A DNA stretch of 64,000 nt from Hormiphora californensis (taxonomy: Eukaryota; Animalia; Ctenophora), in the NCBI GenBank assembly GCA_020137815.1, contig CM035353.1, positions 8,432,001 to 8,496,000 of the forward strand. Direction: 5' to 3'. Shown here in pieces: positions 63,121-64,000 of the stretch. Within the stretch, counting starts at the first letter, position 1. Each line of letters opens with the position of its first letter. The notes beneath the pieces were generated by a model that was given only the letters and a program-made list of their open reading frames with translations, was not told the DNA's origin and did not search any database. The translations under genes were made by a program, and so were the position numbers.

Positions 63121-63691
63121 TAATATTAGATAGCATTATAGATAGAGATAGGGAGAGAGATGGAGAGATAGAGATGGAGATAGATAGAGATAAATAGAGA
63201 TAGAGATAGATAAGATACGAGATAGGAAAGATAGGAGAGATTTAGATAGAAGAGAGAGAATGGGGGGAGAGAAGAAGGAAATGAGGAGCGTTTAGGGATG
63301 AGTAGAGTTTAGAGATTTTTTAGTAATTATGTTATATAGAATTGAAGAGAGATAGATAAGAAGTAGAAAGATAAAGGGATAAAGGGAGGTAAAGAAAAAG
63401 TTTGATAAAGAAATTTAGATTGGTTAAGATGAAGGGGAAGAGGTAAGAGAGAGAGATCAAATGGGGCTAATTGTACAATATATAACAGTCTGTCTAGAAA
63501 GGATGTTGCTTCCTGAATGTCGCGGGTTACATGTGACCCATGCGCGGCTCTCCCTCGCTCTCCCATTGGGTGGGTAGAGAGTCACGTGACCAAGTTATGG
63601 TGGTATTGGTGGGCCCTTGGGCACGTGATGTCTGGTAAGGATGGCTAGTTTGGCACCCTCATATGGTCCACCCTTTAGAGGTAGATTACTA

Positions 63692-63729
<38 letters not shown>

Positions 63730-64000
63730 CCCCTCTCTCTCTCTCTCCCTCTTTTGCACACCATAAAATGGAGAGAAAGCTGGTGCTAAAAATAGCCCAC
63801 GCAGCTGCACCCGTTTACCCATAGGTAACTCTTCTTTGTAGAGACAGGGTCAGTGGTCACGGGGCAAGATTGGAGGAGGGCTGGGGGACTGGGATAAAAC
63901 TATAGGCTGGCCACATCAAATTACTACAAGCTAGAAAGTGGTCTAAAAAGGTTTCTCAATTCCTTTTGACAGACGGACAGCAGGGAGGATGATTTACAAC

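Overview
Intron-rich, gene-dense animal (eukaryotic) genomic DNA with many (AG)n/(CT)n microsatellites. Gene style and a lectin-like cargo gene suggest a ctenophore, but this is inference. The + strand carries a multi-exon TTI1 gene (3886-15767). Its 5.2-kb third intron holds a nested stack: a TIR-bounded outer element, a Merlin-like foldback element (8-bp TSD) carrying a TATA-driven CCHC zinc-knuckle ORF, a secreted lectin-like gene fragment, and an endonuclease-less RTE retrotransposon that begins with a complete HDV-like ribozyme fold. The - strand carries a tightly packed co-oriented run of WDR70, a C2H2 zinc-finger gene, MRPL32, STX6, an RTE APE-only ORF, AP4M1, GTF2E1 and RB1CC1/ATG11. 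Each has a 3' splice-acceptor-like AG just upstream of its ATG, which suggests an SL trans-spliced operon. Further right is an ETS transcription-factor gene with two duplicated alternative terminal ETS-domain exons, then about 15 kb of mostly non-coding DNA. Many introns contain tandem duplications centred on splice sites. Two stretches (about 28.9-30.25 kb and 58.3-61.3 kb) look like low-quality, homopolymer-inflated sequence. Scattered single-base frameshifts are probably sequencing errors.
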